A DNA stretch of 64,000 nucleotides from an uncultured Ilumatobacteraceae bacterium (GCA_965660025.1 CBFHYI010000001.1:31906-95905), one strand, 5' to 3'. Shown: positions 37,616 to 47,613, counted from the stretch's first letter. Notes: generated from the letters alone by a model not told the origin. Numbers and translations are program-made.

Positions 37616-38987
37616 CGTCAAGGCCCGCTGCTTCACGTGCATACCCTTTTGCGCGTTCCATATCGAAATGCCTTCGGGTCACAATGCGCTGAGCGTAAAG
37701 CCCGCCACCAGACTGGAGGTTGGTCACAAGGTGCCAGCCTCCATATGCATCGGCTGTCGCATCTCGAATGGCGTGAAAGAGTCGAATGCGATCCTCTGCC
37801 GACACATCACCTGATGCCGTCATGTACTTCTCGACATAACCGCGTGTCTCAGCATTTTCGAGATCACCAATTGTCGGAGCGGTGAGAATGGCACCTCCCC
37901 CAATGTCATGAAGATGGCGCACCATCACCCCGAATTGCGCCGCTCCCTGATATTTGGCCGCGTTGGTGAATAACTCGTCAGGGTAAAAGAAGCCCTCGTC
38001 AGTCGACCGAGCATTCGCAATCGCTGCCTCAAGACCAGCGCGCAGCAGCGTTGCGTGAATCGACATTTCATCGATCTTTTCTCGAATATGTGAGACACCG
38101 CCAAGCCCGTTCGCCTCTGCGATGAGTTGAGCGAAACCCACGAGTTCATCAGCTTGACGCACCATAAACGTGAGACCGCCCAATCGTTCCCATAAACCGA
38201 GCGAGTGAGCGAAGACCGCCGCCATCGACACTTCACCATCGAGAAACACCCGGTCGTACGGCACGAAAACGTCGTCGTAGACCACCAGCGCGTCGGGCAT
38301 ACTTGCCAGACGGCTGATCGGAAAATGTCGATTGTCATCATCGGCTGGGTGGAATGTCGTGTTGATCGTTCGAACACCGGGAGCATTCGCCGGCACTGCG
38401 CAGACGATTGCGTAGTCCTCTTCGCCGGGCTTCATTGCCTTCGTTGGCATCACAAGATGCTCGTGGCAGAGCGCTGCCGCCGTGATGTGAAGTTTTGCTC
38501 CGCGGATCACGACACCATCGCTACGGCGCTCAACAACACGAACATAGGAGTCTGGATCGCGCTGCTTCCCCGGTGGCAGCGAGCGGTCACCTTTCGCATC
38601 GGTGATGCATTCGGCAATGCGAATATCTCGGGCAATCGCATCATCGACATAGGCCTGAATTCGTTCCCGGTACACCGGGTCGAGACCTGCGAGCTTCGGT
38701 GACGCAGTGAGCAAGGTCATGAGCGACTGATAGGTCACGCTGATTGCCATGTCCATACCGGTCAACACATCGGTGCGGGAACGCATCTCTTCGACCGAGC
38801 GCGGTGCAAAGATGTACGGGTTCACCGCATCGTCAGCATCGGAGTAACAGTTGTCGTAGCCCTCCGCAATCGCTTGTGCAGGAACCGCGAACGCTGGTTC
38901 GGCAAGAAGATCGTCAACCCGTCGACCGTGTAAATAGGTCGTACGACCATCGTTCAACGAATCGTGATATTGCTGTCCTGTCAACAT
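37608..38987 (-). CDS. HpaB-fold enzyme (4-hydroxyphenylacetate 3-hydroxylase / 4-hydroxybutyryl-CoA dehydratase family)
   Basis: 459 aa with N-terminus MLTGQQYHDSLNDGRTTYLHGRRVDD and overall length typical of this family. The subfamily cannot be decided by eye. Confidence 0.6.
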   Translation of the reverse strand: MLTGQQYHDSLNDGRTTYLHGRRVDDLLAEPAFAVPAQAIAEGYDNCYSDADDAVNPYIFAPRSVEEMRSRTDVLTGMDMAISVTYQSLMTLLTASPKLAGLDPVYRERIQAYVDDAIARDIRIAECITDAKGDRSLPPGKQRDPDSYVRVVERRSDGVVIRGAKLHITAAALCHEHLVMPTKAMKPGEEDYAIVCAVPANAPGVRTINTTFHPADDDNRHFPISRLASMPDALVVYDDVFVPYDRVFLDGEVSMAAVFAHSLGLWERLGGLTFMVRQADELVGFAQLIAEANGLGGVSHIREKIDEMSIHATLLRAGLEAAIANARSTDEGFFYPDELFTNAAKYQGAAQFGVMVRHLHDIGGGAILTAPTIGDLENAETRGYVEKYMTASGDVSAEDRIRLFHAIRDATADAYGGWHLVTNLQSGGGLYAQRIVTRRHFDMERAKGYAREAAGLDDE

Positions 38988-39080
38988 CGTTTCCCCCCAG
39001 ATCAGACGACTGTTGATCCGAACTTATGAGAAGAGGATTCAGATGTTCGAAGTGGAGGGCTCGATCAAGAGCCTGCTGAT

Positions 39081-40301
39081 TTATTCGACGCGCAAACCTG
39101 AAATCGCCCGAGCGATAACCAGTTGCTGAATCTCACTCGTTCCCTCAAAGATGGTGTGAATCTTTGCGTCTCGATGCCAACGCTCCACCGGGTACTCCCG
39201 GGTGTAGCCATAGCCACCGAGAATCTGAATGGCTTCTTCAGTTACTCGAACTGCGACCTCCGAGGCCTTCCACTTGCTCATCGAGCCTTCGGCGTTGGTG
39301 AATCCACCGTTGCGAGCAAGCCACGCCGCACGCCAAATCAGCAGACGACTCGCATCGATCTCGGTGATCATGTTTGCCAACTTGAATGCAATCGCCTGGT
39401 TCATGATGATCGGCTTACCGAAGGCATGGCGTTCTTTCGCGTACTCGAGCGAATACTCATACGCAGCTCGAGCAATACCAAGTGCCTGTGCCCCCACCGT
39501 CGGGCGCGTTGCTTCAAACGTCTTCATTGCCGGCTGCGGCGCACCAGACTTGCCAGCCTCTCGAGCACGAGCCAGTTTGGCGTCGAGTTTTTCTTTGCCG
39601 CCGAGCAAGCATGACCCTGGAACACGCACATCATCGAGCACTACTTCTGCGGTGTGCGATGCACGGATGCCATGCTTCATGTACTTCTGACCCTGCGAGA
39701 GGCCCTTCGTGTTCGGAGGAATCACAAACGACGCTTGGCCACGTCCCTTCAACTCTGGGTCGACTGCAGCGACGACGACGTGCACATCGGCGATACCACC
39801 GTTTGTGATCCATGCTTTCGTACCGTTGAGCACCCATTCGTCATTCGCTTCGTCGTACACCGCACGTGTGCGAAGGTTCGACACGTCACTGCCGGCGTCT
39901 GGCTCGCTCACACAGAACGCTCCGAGCTTCACATCATTCGCATCGCCGTAACACTGCGGTACCCACTCCATCGTCTGCTCAGGCGTGCCATTACCTGCGA
40001 TGCCTGCTGCGGCGAGGCCACTTCCCATGATCGCCATGCCAAGGCCGGCGTCACCCCAGAACAGTTCTTCAACCGCAACTGGCAACGTAAGACCGGTGCG
40101 ATCTTGACCAGCGTTCATCAAGAACTCCCAGCCGTAGAGCCCAATCTTTGCCGCCTCCTGCACTACCGGATACGGGAACTCTTCGCGCTCGTCCCATTCG
40201 GCGGCAGCTGGACGCATGACGTCTTCGGCGAATCCGTGTGTCCAGTCTTTAATCTGTTGCTGGTCATCGTTGAGGGCCATAGAAAATTCGCTCATACCCA
40301 T
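39081..40301 (-). CDS. acyl-CoA dehydrogenase
   Basis: 406 aa with CVSEPDAGSDV, GTKAWITNGG and FEGTSEIQQLVIARAISG motifs. The start is uncertain (ATG 40301, 40295 or 40280). Confidence 0.9.
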   Translation of the reverse strand: MGMSEFSMALNDDQQQIKDWTHGFAEDVMRPAAAEWDEREEFPYPVVQEAAKIGLYGWEFLMNAGQDRTGLTLPVAVEELFWGDAGLGMAIMGSGLAAAGIAGNGTPEQTMEWVPQCYGDANDVKLGAFCVSEPDAGSDVSNLRTRAVYDEANDEWVLNGTKAWITNGGIADVHVVVAAVDPELKGRGQASFVIPPNTKGLSQGQKYMKHGIRASHTAEVVLDDVRVPGSCLLGGKEKLDAKLARAREAGKSGAPQPAMKTFEATRPTVGAQALGIARAAYEYSLEYAKERHAFGKPIIMNQAIAFKLANMITEIDASRLLIWRAAWLARNGGFTNAEGSMSKWKASEVAVRVTEEAIQILGGYGYTREYPVERWHRDAKIHTIFEGTSEIQQLVIARAISGLRVE

Positions 40302-40456
40302 AAGTTACCCGTGGGTAACACGATCTGCACGATGGTAAGAGCGACGAACAGACTGGCGTCTCACATTGCCTGCAGGACTTCCTGCCTAACTCAGAAATTT
40401 TCCAGCCGACGCACCGGATATTCACTCAACACTTGGATCTAAGTTAGGGTGAAATT

Positions 40457-41260
40457 ATGTCCAGCACATTGGAGTCACACTACGGAAGCGACGGGATAGT
40501 CGATCGTATTCTTGCTGCTTTAGCCGACGCTGGAACCGATGAAAGCTCTCTGACCCCGGATTCTTTTGCCGGAGCCGACGAGTTTCATATTGGTGGAAGA
40601 AGGGGAAGTGAAATCGTTGCTGACCTTCTAGAGATCGAACAGGGCGGCAAGATAATCGACCTCGGGTCTGGCATCGGAGGACCCGCCCGTTTTCTCGCAC
40701 GCGCTAAAGGTGTTCACGTGACGGGAGTAGATCTAACCCCAGAATTTGTTGAAGCAGCTTCAGTATTGACTGAACTTGTCGGCATGTCTAACAAAGTTGA
40801 CTTTCACTTGGGTTCAGCGACAGATATCCCCTTCGGCGATGATTCTTTCGATGCAGCGACCATGATCCATGTAGGAATGAACATCGCTGAGAAGGTTGTC
40901 ATGATGAGCGAAATGGCCCGCGTAACTCGAGCGGGTGGCACGGTGCTGATCTATGACGTCATGCAAGTAGGAAGTGGATCTATCTCATATCCGATGCCAT
41001 GGTCCTCTAGTCCGGAATTTAGTTTTTTAGATACGCAAGAAACATACGTACATGCAGCCTCCGAAGCTGGACTGGATCTCGTTTCTGTTCATGATCACGG
41101 TGAAATGGCAAAGTCGTTCTTTAATGACGCCCCTTCCAACCCACCAGCGGTGAATTTAGGTCATCTAATGGGAATGGAAATGCCAACAATGTTCGCCAAT
41201 GCGAGGGAAGCAGTGAATGCTGGGATTATTAGCCCTATCATCCTGACTTTTGAAGCTTAG
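40457..41260 (+). CDS. class I SAM-dependent methyltransferase
   Basis: Motif I IIDLGSGIGGPARFLA, then the acidic loop GVDLTPEF and GGTVLIYD. Codon usage is visibly A/T-richer than in the neighbours. Confidence 0.8.
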   Translation: MSSTLESHYGSDGIVDRILAALADAGTDESSLTPDSFAGADEFHIGGRRGSEIVADLLEIEQGGKIIDLGSGIGGPARFLARAKGVHVTGVDLTPEFVEAASVLTELVGMSNKVDFHLGSATDIPFGDDSFDAATMIHVGMNIAEKVVMMSEMARVTRAGGTVLIYDVMQVGSGSISYPMPWSSSPEFSFLDTQETYVHAASEAGLDLVSVHDHGEMAKSFFNDAPSNPPAVNLGHLMGMEMPTMFANAREAVNAGIISPIILTFEA

Positions 41261-41470
41261 ACAGAGGATCTAACTCCTTCGGACAGACCTTTAGTCAACC
41301 TTTTTATCGGGGGGTCGTTGGCGAGACTCTCAGCAAAGTAGAGGGTCTCGTTGCCATACAAGTTCGCCTGTAGAGCGTTTAAATTGGCGGTGGGCTGAGC
41401 TGGGGGTTGTACCATTTCCACCAACTACCCGGACACAGATTACGAGTTCCCTGATCCGAAGAAGATGAGA

Positions 41471-42829
41471 TCAGCGACGAACCGTTGTACCGTCTCGAGT
41501 GGTCTCCACCTGCCAACCGGCCGCTTGCAAGTCGGCACGAATTGCATCAGCGGTGTCGTAGTCTTTCGCTGCCCGAGCAGCATCAAGTGCAGCTGCCTGA
41601 GCGAGCACATCAGCCGGCACCGCAACTTGTTCGACAAGCCGCAACCCAACCGCCCCGCACATTTCGCGAACCGCGCTCGTCAACCCAGCCGCAATCGACT
41701 CGTCGCCGCTATCGAGCGCTGAGTTTGCTTGTCGCACCGTGTCAAACAACAGTGCCATCGCTTTGGGTGTATCGAGATCGTCATCCATCGCCGCCCTAAA
41801 CGCAGCAACCGTCTCAGCATCAGCCTCTGCCCCACCAAGTGACGCCGTGCGCGCCACAAAACTATCGAGACCCGCAAGCGAACGACCAGCCGCCTCCAAG
41901 CCGTCGGCAGAGATACCGACCGGGCTTCGGTAGTGCGATTGCAGCAACACCATTCGATAGGCGCGCGGGTCGTACACCTCGATGAGGTCGAGCAGATTCG
42001 ACACATTGCCGAGAGACTTCGACATCTTCTCGCCCTCTGCATCGACAACGAATCCGTTATGCATCCAATGGCGAGCGAATTCCCGGCCAAGTGCCACCGC
42101 CTGCGCTCGCTCGTTTTCGTGATGCGGAAAGCGAAGATCTTGACCACCGCAATGCAGGTCAAATCCATCGCCGAGCAAACCAAGACTCATCACCACACAC
42201 TCGCTATGCCAGCCTGGACGACCGGCCCCCCACGGCGACTCCCAAGCGGGTTCACCAGGCTTTGCGAGTTTCCAGAGAGCAAAATCTGCAGGGTGACGCT
42301 TTTCTCCGGCGCCGAACACCTCACGCTCACCCCCGCCAGCCATCATGTCGTCGAGCGACTGATGGGCAAGCAGTCCGTAACCCTCAACTGATTCGACAGA
42401 GAGATACACCCCATCAGAGGTCGCGTACGCGGCTTCCGACGACACCAGCGTCGAAATCATCTCGACCATTTCGTCGACCCACTCGGTCGCATGGGGCACA
42501 TCGGTTGGTCGAAGAACGTCAATACCCTCCATCGCGCGAAACCAAATGTTCTCGCACTTCGTCGTGATATCGGACCACTCCCGGCCCTCGCGTTCAGCCC
42601 GGTCGATGATCTTGTCGTCGATATCGGTGATGTTCGACACCAAACGCACGTCGATACCTGACCACTCGAGGTACCGGCGCAAAATGTCATAGACAAGCGT
42701 TGCTCGACCGTGTCCAAGATGCGGCGGCCCGTAGACCGTTGGACCACACAGATAGATGCTGATCCGCCCTGGTTCGCGCATTGCGAGCTCTCGAACCTGC
42801 CTTGTCGCCGTGTCATAAAGGTGCAGCAC
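41471..42829 (-). CDS. cysS: cysteine--tRNA ligase
   Basis: 452 aa with GPPHLGHGRA (HIGH motif), KMSKSLGN (KMSKS motif) and the WHSEC zinc site. Confidence 0.95.
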   Translation of the reverse strand: MLHLYDTATRQVRELAMREPGRISIYLCGPTVYGPPHLGHGRATLVYDILRRYLEWSGIDVRLVSNITDIDDKIIDRAEREGREWSDITTKCENIWFRAMEGIDVLRPTDVPHATEWVDEMVEMISTLVSSEAAYATSDGVYLSVESVEGYGLLAHQSLDDMMAGGGEREVFGAGEKRHPADFALWKLAKPGEPAWESPWGAGRPGWHSECVVMSLGLLGDGFDLHCGGQDLRFPHHENERAQAVALGREFARHWMHNGFVVDAEGEKMSKSLGNVSNLLDLIEVYDPRAYRMVLLQSHYRSPVGISADGLEAAGRSLAGLDSFVARTASLGGAEADAETVAAFRAAMDDDLDTPKAMALLFDTVRQANSALDSGDESIAAGLTSAVREMCGAVGLRLVEQVAVPADVLAQAAALDAARAAKDYDTADAIRADLQAAGWQVETTRDGTTVRR

Positions 42830-42868
42830 CAGTCCGAGGCTATTGCCGACGGCCTAGCCTTGATACTC

Positions 42869-45403
42869 ATGGCGAACGTCCCGGAGAAACCAACCCTCGA
42901 CGGAATTGAACAGCAGTGGTCTGCGGCATGGGACAAAGAAGGCATTTACTCCTTCGACCGAACAGCATCGCGAGCCGATGTCTTCTCGATTGATACTCCG
43001 CCGCCAACGGTTTCAGGGTCACTTCATATGGGTCACGTATTTTCGTACACCCACACGGACGCAATCGCACGATTCCACCGAATGAACGGGAAATCGGTGT
43101 TCTATCCAATGGGATGGGATGACAACGGCCTTCCCACCGAGCGACGAGTACAAAATTACTTCGGCGTCCGATGCGACCCCTCTCAACCCTACGAAGGCGA
43201 TTTCGAACCCCCCTTCCGCGGTGACCCACCCAAAGACCATCGGGCAATCCCCATCTCTCGACCCAACTTCCTTGAACTCTGCGACGAACTCGTCGCTCTC
43301 GATGAGCAAGTCTTCGAAGACCTCTTCCGTCGCCTCGGGCTCTCCGTCGACTGGTCACTTCTTTACGCAACGATCGATGAGCGTTCGCGCCGTGTCAGCC
43401 AACGAGCGTTCCTCCGCAACCTTGCTCGAGGCGAGGCCTACAGTGCCGAAGCACCAACACTGTGGGATGTTGACTTCCAGACCGCCGTCGCTCAGGCAGA
43501 AATGGAAGATCGCGACCGCCCCGGGGCGTACCACAAACTTGCATTCCATCGCACTGACGGTTCGGGCGACATCCTCATCGATACGACGCGCCCAGAACTT
43601 CTCGCTGCGTGCGTTGCCCTCGTCGCTCACCCAGACGACGAGCGCTATCAGCCGATGTTCGGATCTACGGTCTCAACGCCGCTCTACGGCGTCGAAGTTC
43701 CCGTCGTTGCCCACCCGCTTGCCCAACCCGACAAAGGCACCGGCATCGCAATGATCTGTACCTTCGGTGACCTCACCGACGTCATTTGGTGGCGCGAACT
43801 GCAACTGCCCACACGAGCCATCATTGGCCGTAACGGCCGCATCATCGCCGAACCACCAACAGGTGTAAACACTGATGCCTACGCAGAAATAGCGGGCCTA
43901 AACGTCAAGCAAGCTCAACGCAAAGTTGTTGAGATGCTGACCGAGTCTCAAGAACTCATTGGCGAGCCTCGACCACTCGAACACCCAGTGAAATTCTATG
44001 AACGCGGTGAACGTCCCCTCGAAATTGTCACCAGTCGCCAATGGTACATCTCTAACGGAGGCCGTGACACCGACACCCGGCATGCGCTCGTCAATCGGGG
44101 TCACGAGCTCACCTGGCACCCTGACCACATGCGTCACCGGTACGAAAATTGGGTTGAAGGACTCAATGGTGACTGGCTTGTCAGCCGTCAACGGTTCTTT
44201 GGTGTGCCACTACCAATCTGGTATCCGCTCGATGCCGATGGAGAGCCAGACCATGACAATCCGATACTCCCGAACGAGTCAGACCTACCCATCGACCCCT
44301 CGACCGATACTCCTGACAGCTACTCAGCAGATCAACGCGATGTACCCGATGGGTTTACGGGCGATCCCGACGTTCTCGATACCTGGGCAACGAGCTCGTT
44401 AAGCCCACATATTGCCTCGAAGTGGGAAGAGAGCGACACTCTTTTCAGCCAGGTCTTTCCGATGGACATGCGACCGCAGGGTCATGACATCATCCGCACC
44501 TGGCTGTTCTCCTCAATGGTTCGTTCACATCACGAGCACCAAGAAATTCCGTGGCAGCATGCAGCGCTCTCCGGTTGGATACTCGACCCAGATCGCAAGA
44601 AGATGTCGAAGTCGAAAGGCAATGTCGTCACGCCGATGGCGTTATTCGAGTCGTACGGCACCGATGCCGTTCGCTACTGGGCGGCATCAGCTCGACCCGG
44701 AGTTGATACCGCATTCAGCGAAGATCAAATGAAGGTGGGCCGCAAACTCGCGAACAAACTGTTGAACATCACAAGGTTCGTCCACGGATTCGGAAACGCC
44801 CCGACCAACGATGTTGCACTGAACGCCGTCGATGCGTCGATGCTTAGCCGTCTTGACGCCGTCATCGCCGAAGCGACAGCAGCGTTCGAAGAATTCGACT
44901 ATGCCCGAGCGCTTGAGCGCACCGAATCATTCTTCTGGTGGTTCTGCGATGACTACGTCGAACTTGTGAAGTCACGCGCCTACGACACCGAGCATGAGCA
45001 CCAAAGTTCTGCGCTCTCCGCGCTACATACCGCTGTCACCACCTTGCAACGACTGTTCGCACCACTCATTCCGTTTGCGACAGAAGAAGCATGGCGGTGG
45101 GATAACGAGACCAGCATCCACATCTCATCGTGGCCGACCACCACGAACGTCAACGGAGACTCAGAACTTCTCAGCCCAACTCTCGATGCACTCGCCCAGG
45201 TTCGCAGGGCAAAGACAGAGGCCAAGGTGAGTCAACGTGCCGTCGTCGAATCGGTTACCGTCTCGGTGCCATCTGGGCAACGAGCCGCACTCGATGCCGG
45301 TATCGACGACCTCTGTCGGGCAGGATCAATAGAGACGATCACCGTCAATGACACCGACGGTGATGCCCTGACATGTGACGTCACACTCGCACCACAAGAA
45401 TGA
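42869..45403 (+). CDS. valS: valine--tRNA ligase (actinobacterial/archaeal type)
   Basis: PPPTVSGSLHMGHVFSYTHTD (HIGH region) and KMSKSKGN. I start it at ATG 42869 (MANVPEKPTLDGIEQQW). The ORF-track start at 42710 overlaps cysS. Confidence 0.9.
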   Translation: MANVPEKPTLDGIEQQWSAAWDKEGIYSFDRTASRADVFSIDTPPPTVSGSLHMGHVFSYTHTDAIARFHRMNGKSVFYPMGWDDNGLPTERRVQNYFGVRCDPSQPYEGDFEPPFRGDPPKDHRAIPISRPNFLELCDELVALDEQVFEDLFRRLGLSVDWSLLYATIDERSRRVSQRAFLRNLARGEAYSAEAPTLWDVDFQTAVAQAEMEDRDRPGAYHKLAFHRTDGSGDILIDTTRPELLAACVALVAHPDDERYQPMFGSTVSTPLYGVEVPVVAHPLAQPDKGTGIAMICTFGDLTDVIWWRELQLPTRAIIGRNGRIIAEPPTGVNTDAYAEIAGLNVKQAQRKVVEMLTESQELIGEPRPLEHPVKFYERGERPLEIVTSRQWYISNGGRDTDTRHALVNRGHELTWHPDHMRHRYENWVEGLNGDWLVSRQRFFGVPLPIWYPLDADGEPDHDNPILPNESDLPIDPSTDTPDSYSADQRDVPDGFTGDPDVLDTWATSSLSPHIASKWEESDTLFSQVFPMDMRPQGHDIIRTWLFSSMVRSHHEHQEIPWQHAALSGWILDPDRKKMSKSKGNVVTPMALFESYGTDAVRYWAASARPGVDTAFSEDQMKVGRKLANKLLNITRFVHGFGNAPTNDVALNAVDASMLSRLDAVIAEATAAFEEFDYARALERTESFFWWFCDDYVELVKSRAYDTEHEHQSSALSALHTAVTTLQRLFAPLIPFATEEAWRWDNETSIHISSWPTTTNVNGDSELLSPTLDALAQVRRAKTEAKVSQRAVVESVTVSVPSGQRAALDAGIDDLCRAGSIETITVNDTDGDALTCDVTLAPQE

Positions 45404-45410
45404 TCTCTAG

Positions 45411-46754
45411 ATGACCCAATCGACTACTGCGCCCCGCACATGGCCTCAGCGCCTCACCATCGTCGCAGCAGTAGTTGTTTCCTTGGTGTGTGTCATCGTT
45501 GCGGTGGCGCTCATCGGTGGACGTCTCGTGCTCGGTCAACGTCAACTCGTGGTCATCGAACCCGTTTCTGACGCACCACTGACAGCGGCTGCCGGCCCCG
45601 TCGAACGCCTGATCGAAATCGGTAGTGACGATGAAGAGAGCATCAAGGTCGAAGACGTTATTGAGGTCACTGTCGGCGATATCGAACCCGGTGCTCGAAA
45701 CTTCCTTCTTGTCGGCACCGACAACAACGCATGCATCGACCCCGACTCGAGATACGCCCCTTTTCTGCTCGGGCGCGCCGACTTTGGTGAGCGAGCCGAT
45801 GTCATTCAGATGTGGAGAGTAAACACCGAAACTGGGGCCATTGCCGCACTGTCATTTCCCCGCGATCTTTATGTTCGTCTCGACGGGGGGCGCCGTGGCC
45901 GAATCAACAACGCATTCGATACCGATGACCCGAACGGCTTAATTTCGACGATCCGATCAAACTTTGGAATCGAGACCGACCACTACGTTCAGATCGACTT
46001 CTGCGCATTCAAAAATCTCGTCGACTCTGTCGATGGCGTTGGGATCCCGTTTGAGTCGCCAGTGCGCGACCGTGGCACCGGTCTCGCAATCTCATCGGCA
46101 GGGTGCAGCACGCTCAATGGTGACGATGCGCTTGCCTATGTGCGCTCCCGGAAACTTGAATTTGAACGTCCTGCGGGAAGCGATAACTGGGTCATTGACC
46201 CTTCGAGCGACTGGGGTCGCATCGCTCGTCAGCAAGATTTCATTAAGCGGACACTTGCCAAGGTGGTCAATTCTGGACTCACCTCGCCATCGGTTGCGAG
46301 CGCCCTCATCGAGACAAATGCTGATCAGGTTGTGACCGACAGCGAACTTTCAGTGTCGACAATGCTTGGCTTCGCAAATATCCTCCGCTCGGTCGACACT
46401 GCAAATGCACGCTCCTATCAAATCGCTGCCGCCGGCCGAATTGTGAGCGGCGAATCGGTACTCATTCCGACGCTTCGAAATAGCGAAATGCGGGCGATTC
46501 TCGACATCTTCCAGGGTGATTCTTTGATCGAGGGAACGTCGATCACTCTCAATGACATTGCGACCACGACCACAACGACGACCACAATCGTGACCGCTGA
46601 CGAAGCGCAAGAGCAAGAAGCGCAAGAAGAGCAAGCGTCTGTGGTCGGTGCCGCCGGTCAGTCGACGCCCCTCATCGTCGGTCTCGTCCAGCAAGACACA
46701 CCCGACGACAACACCTTGGGATGGGTACCTGACCCGAACGTTATTTGCGACTGA
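45411..46754 (+). CDS. LCP (LytR-CpsA-Psr) family cell-wall glycopolymer transferase
   Basis: N-terminal TM helix, then FLLVGTDN...ERADVIQMWRVN...LSFPRDLYV and ALAYVRSR motifs. The C-terminus has a poly-Thr and E/Q-rich linker. Confidence 0.8.
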   Translation: MTQSTTAPRTWPQRLTIVAAVVVSLVCVIVAVALIGGRLVLGQRQLVVIEPVSDAPLTAAAGPVERLIEIGSDDEESIKVEDVIEVTVGDIEPGARNFLLVGTDNNACIDPDSRYAPFLLGRADFGERADVIQMWRVNTETGAIAALSFPRDLYVRLDGGRRGRINNAFDTDDPNGLISTIRSNFGIETDHYVQIDFCAFKNLVDSVDGVGIPFESPVRDRGTGLAISSAGCSTLNGDDALAYVRSRKLEFERPAGSDNWVIDPSSDWGRIARQQDFIKRTLAKVVNSGLTSPSVASALIETNADQVVTDSELSVSTMLGFANILRSVDTANARSYQIAAAGRIVSGESVLIPTLRNSEMRAILDIFQGDSLIEGTSITLNDIATTTTTTTTIVTADEAQEQEAQEEQASVVGAAGQSTPLIVGLVQQDTPDDNTLGWVPDPNVICD

Positions 46755-47613
46755 GAACTTCGTCGAGTGCTCTCGCAACATCGTGCGGGCCTTCAACGCC
46801 CACCAGAGTGGCTCCGGTGACATCTGCAAACCGCTGAGCATCGGCGATGTCATCTGCCGGCGACACGATGACTAATTCTTCAAGTGACTGTGCGAACGGG
46901 ACCGACTTATCGATTGCCCGATCGCGACAGTCAGACAGCAACACCGTGAGATGACGACCACATCGAGCCGCTTCGTGTTCGGTGATTGCCGCTCGAAGAC
47001 CATCAGACACGTTCGTAGTTCCATGCCCCTTGAGAGACAGCACCGCGTCGACAACGCCATCGGTTGAAGCGTGGGCAGATGTCACCATTGATCTCACCAC
47101 CTCTGCCGTTCCTGAAAACGCAATGACCGCATGAAATGCAGGGGCCCGAAGAGCGACTGCGGCCGCTGCAAGAGCCGCCGATGCCAACGCCTCTCCTTTC
47201 ATCGATCCCGAACGATCGATCACTAAACACACCGCAGTATCAGGTCGCTCCCAGTCGATGACGCGCAGCGTGTCAGCGTTCACGAGCGAGCCGCCAGATT
47301 CAGCCAGCGACTCAACTGCAGCATCGACATCGAGATCACCACCATCTCGAAGTGGAAGCGAACGGAGACGACCAACCTTTCCTTGCGCTGCGCGTCCACG
47401 TCGCGCAATATCGATAACGATTCGCTCAGCGACACGTCGGGCTTTTGCGCGAAGTTCAGGATCAACTGCATCACCGAGTGTGACGAGAAGGGATACAGCT
47501 TCATCAGGACTGTCTGCGAGCAACCGATCCATTACGTGCTCGTCAAGTTCGCCAACCTCAGGAGAGATCTCATCGAAATGTTCGATCGCTGTCATCTGTT
47601 GCCGAGAGACCAT
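46741..47613 (-). CDS. von Willebrand factor A (VWA) domain protein
   Basis: 290 aa with MIDAS motif VIDRSGSMKG, then GTTNVSDGL. It lies directly downstream of the AAA+ gene. Confidence 0.75.
   Translation of the reverse strand: MVSRQQMTAIEHFDEISPEVGELDEHVMDRLLADSPDEAVSLLVTLGDAVDPELRAKARRVAERIVIDIARRGRAAQGKVGRLRSLPLRDGGDLDVDAAVESLAESGGSLVNADTLRVIDWERPDTAVCLVIDRSGSMKGEALASAALAAAAVALRAPAFHAVIAFSGTAEVVRSMVTSAHASTDGVVDAVLSLKGHGTTNVSDGLRAAITEHEAARCGRHLTVLLSDCRDRAIDKSVPFAQSLEELVIVSPADDIADAQRFADVTGATLVGVEGPHDVARALDEVLSRK

Noticed and set aside
39654-40442. 262-aa plus-strand ORF
   Set aside because: It is entirely antisense to a clear acyl-CoA dehydrogenase. The R/C/H-rich low-complexity translation is typical of shadow ORFs in G+C-rich DNA.
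40435-41273. 8-bp direct repeat GGATCTAA flanking the methyltransferase gene (40435..40442 and 41266..41273) as a possible target-site duplication
   Set aside because: An 8-mer match between two about 150-200 nt flanks is expected by chance at appreciable frequency. No inverted repeats, integrase or transposase support a mobile element.
42710-42868. 53-codon N-terminal extension of valS in the ORF track
   Set aside because: It overlaps the 5' end of the divergent cysS gene. Conserved ValS sequence begins at MANVPEKPTLDG (ATG 42869).
42830-42868. T-box or other leader upstream of cysS/valS
   Set aside because: The divergent start codons are only 39 nt apart, which leaves no space for a structured leader.
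46540-46640. Short nucleotide repeats (ACGACCACAACGACGACCACA; GCGCAAGAGCAAGAAGCGCAAGAAGAGCAAGCG)
   Set aside because: They lie inside the LCP gene and simply encode a poly-Thr and E/Q-rich low-complexity linker. They are not a CRISPR or intergenic repeat.
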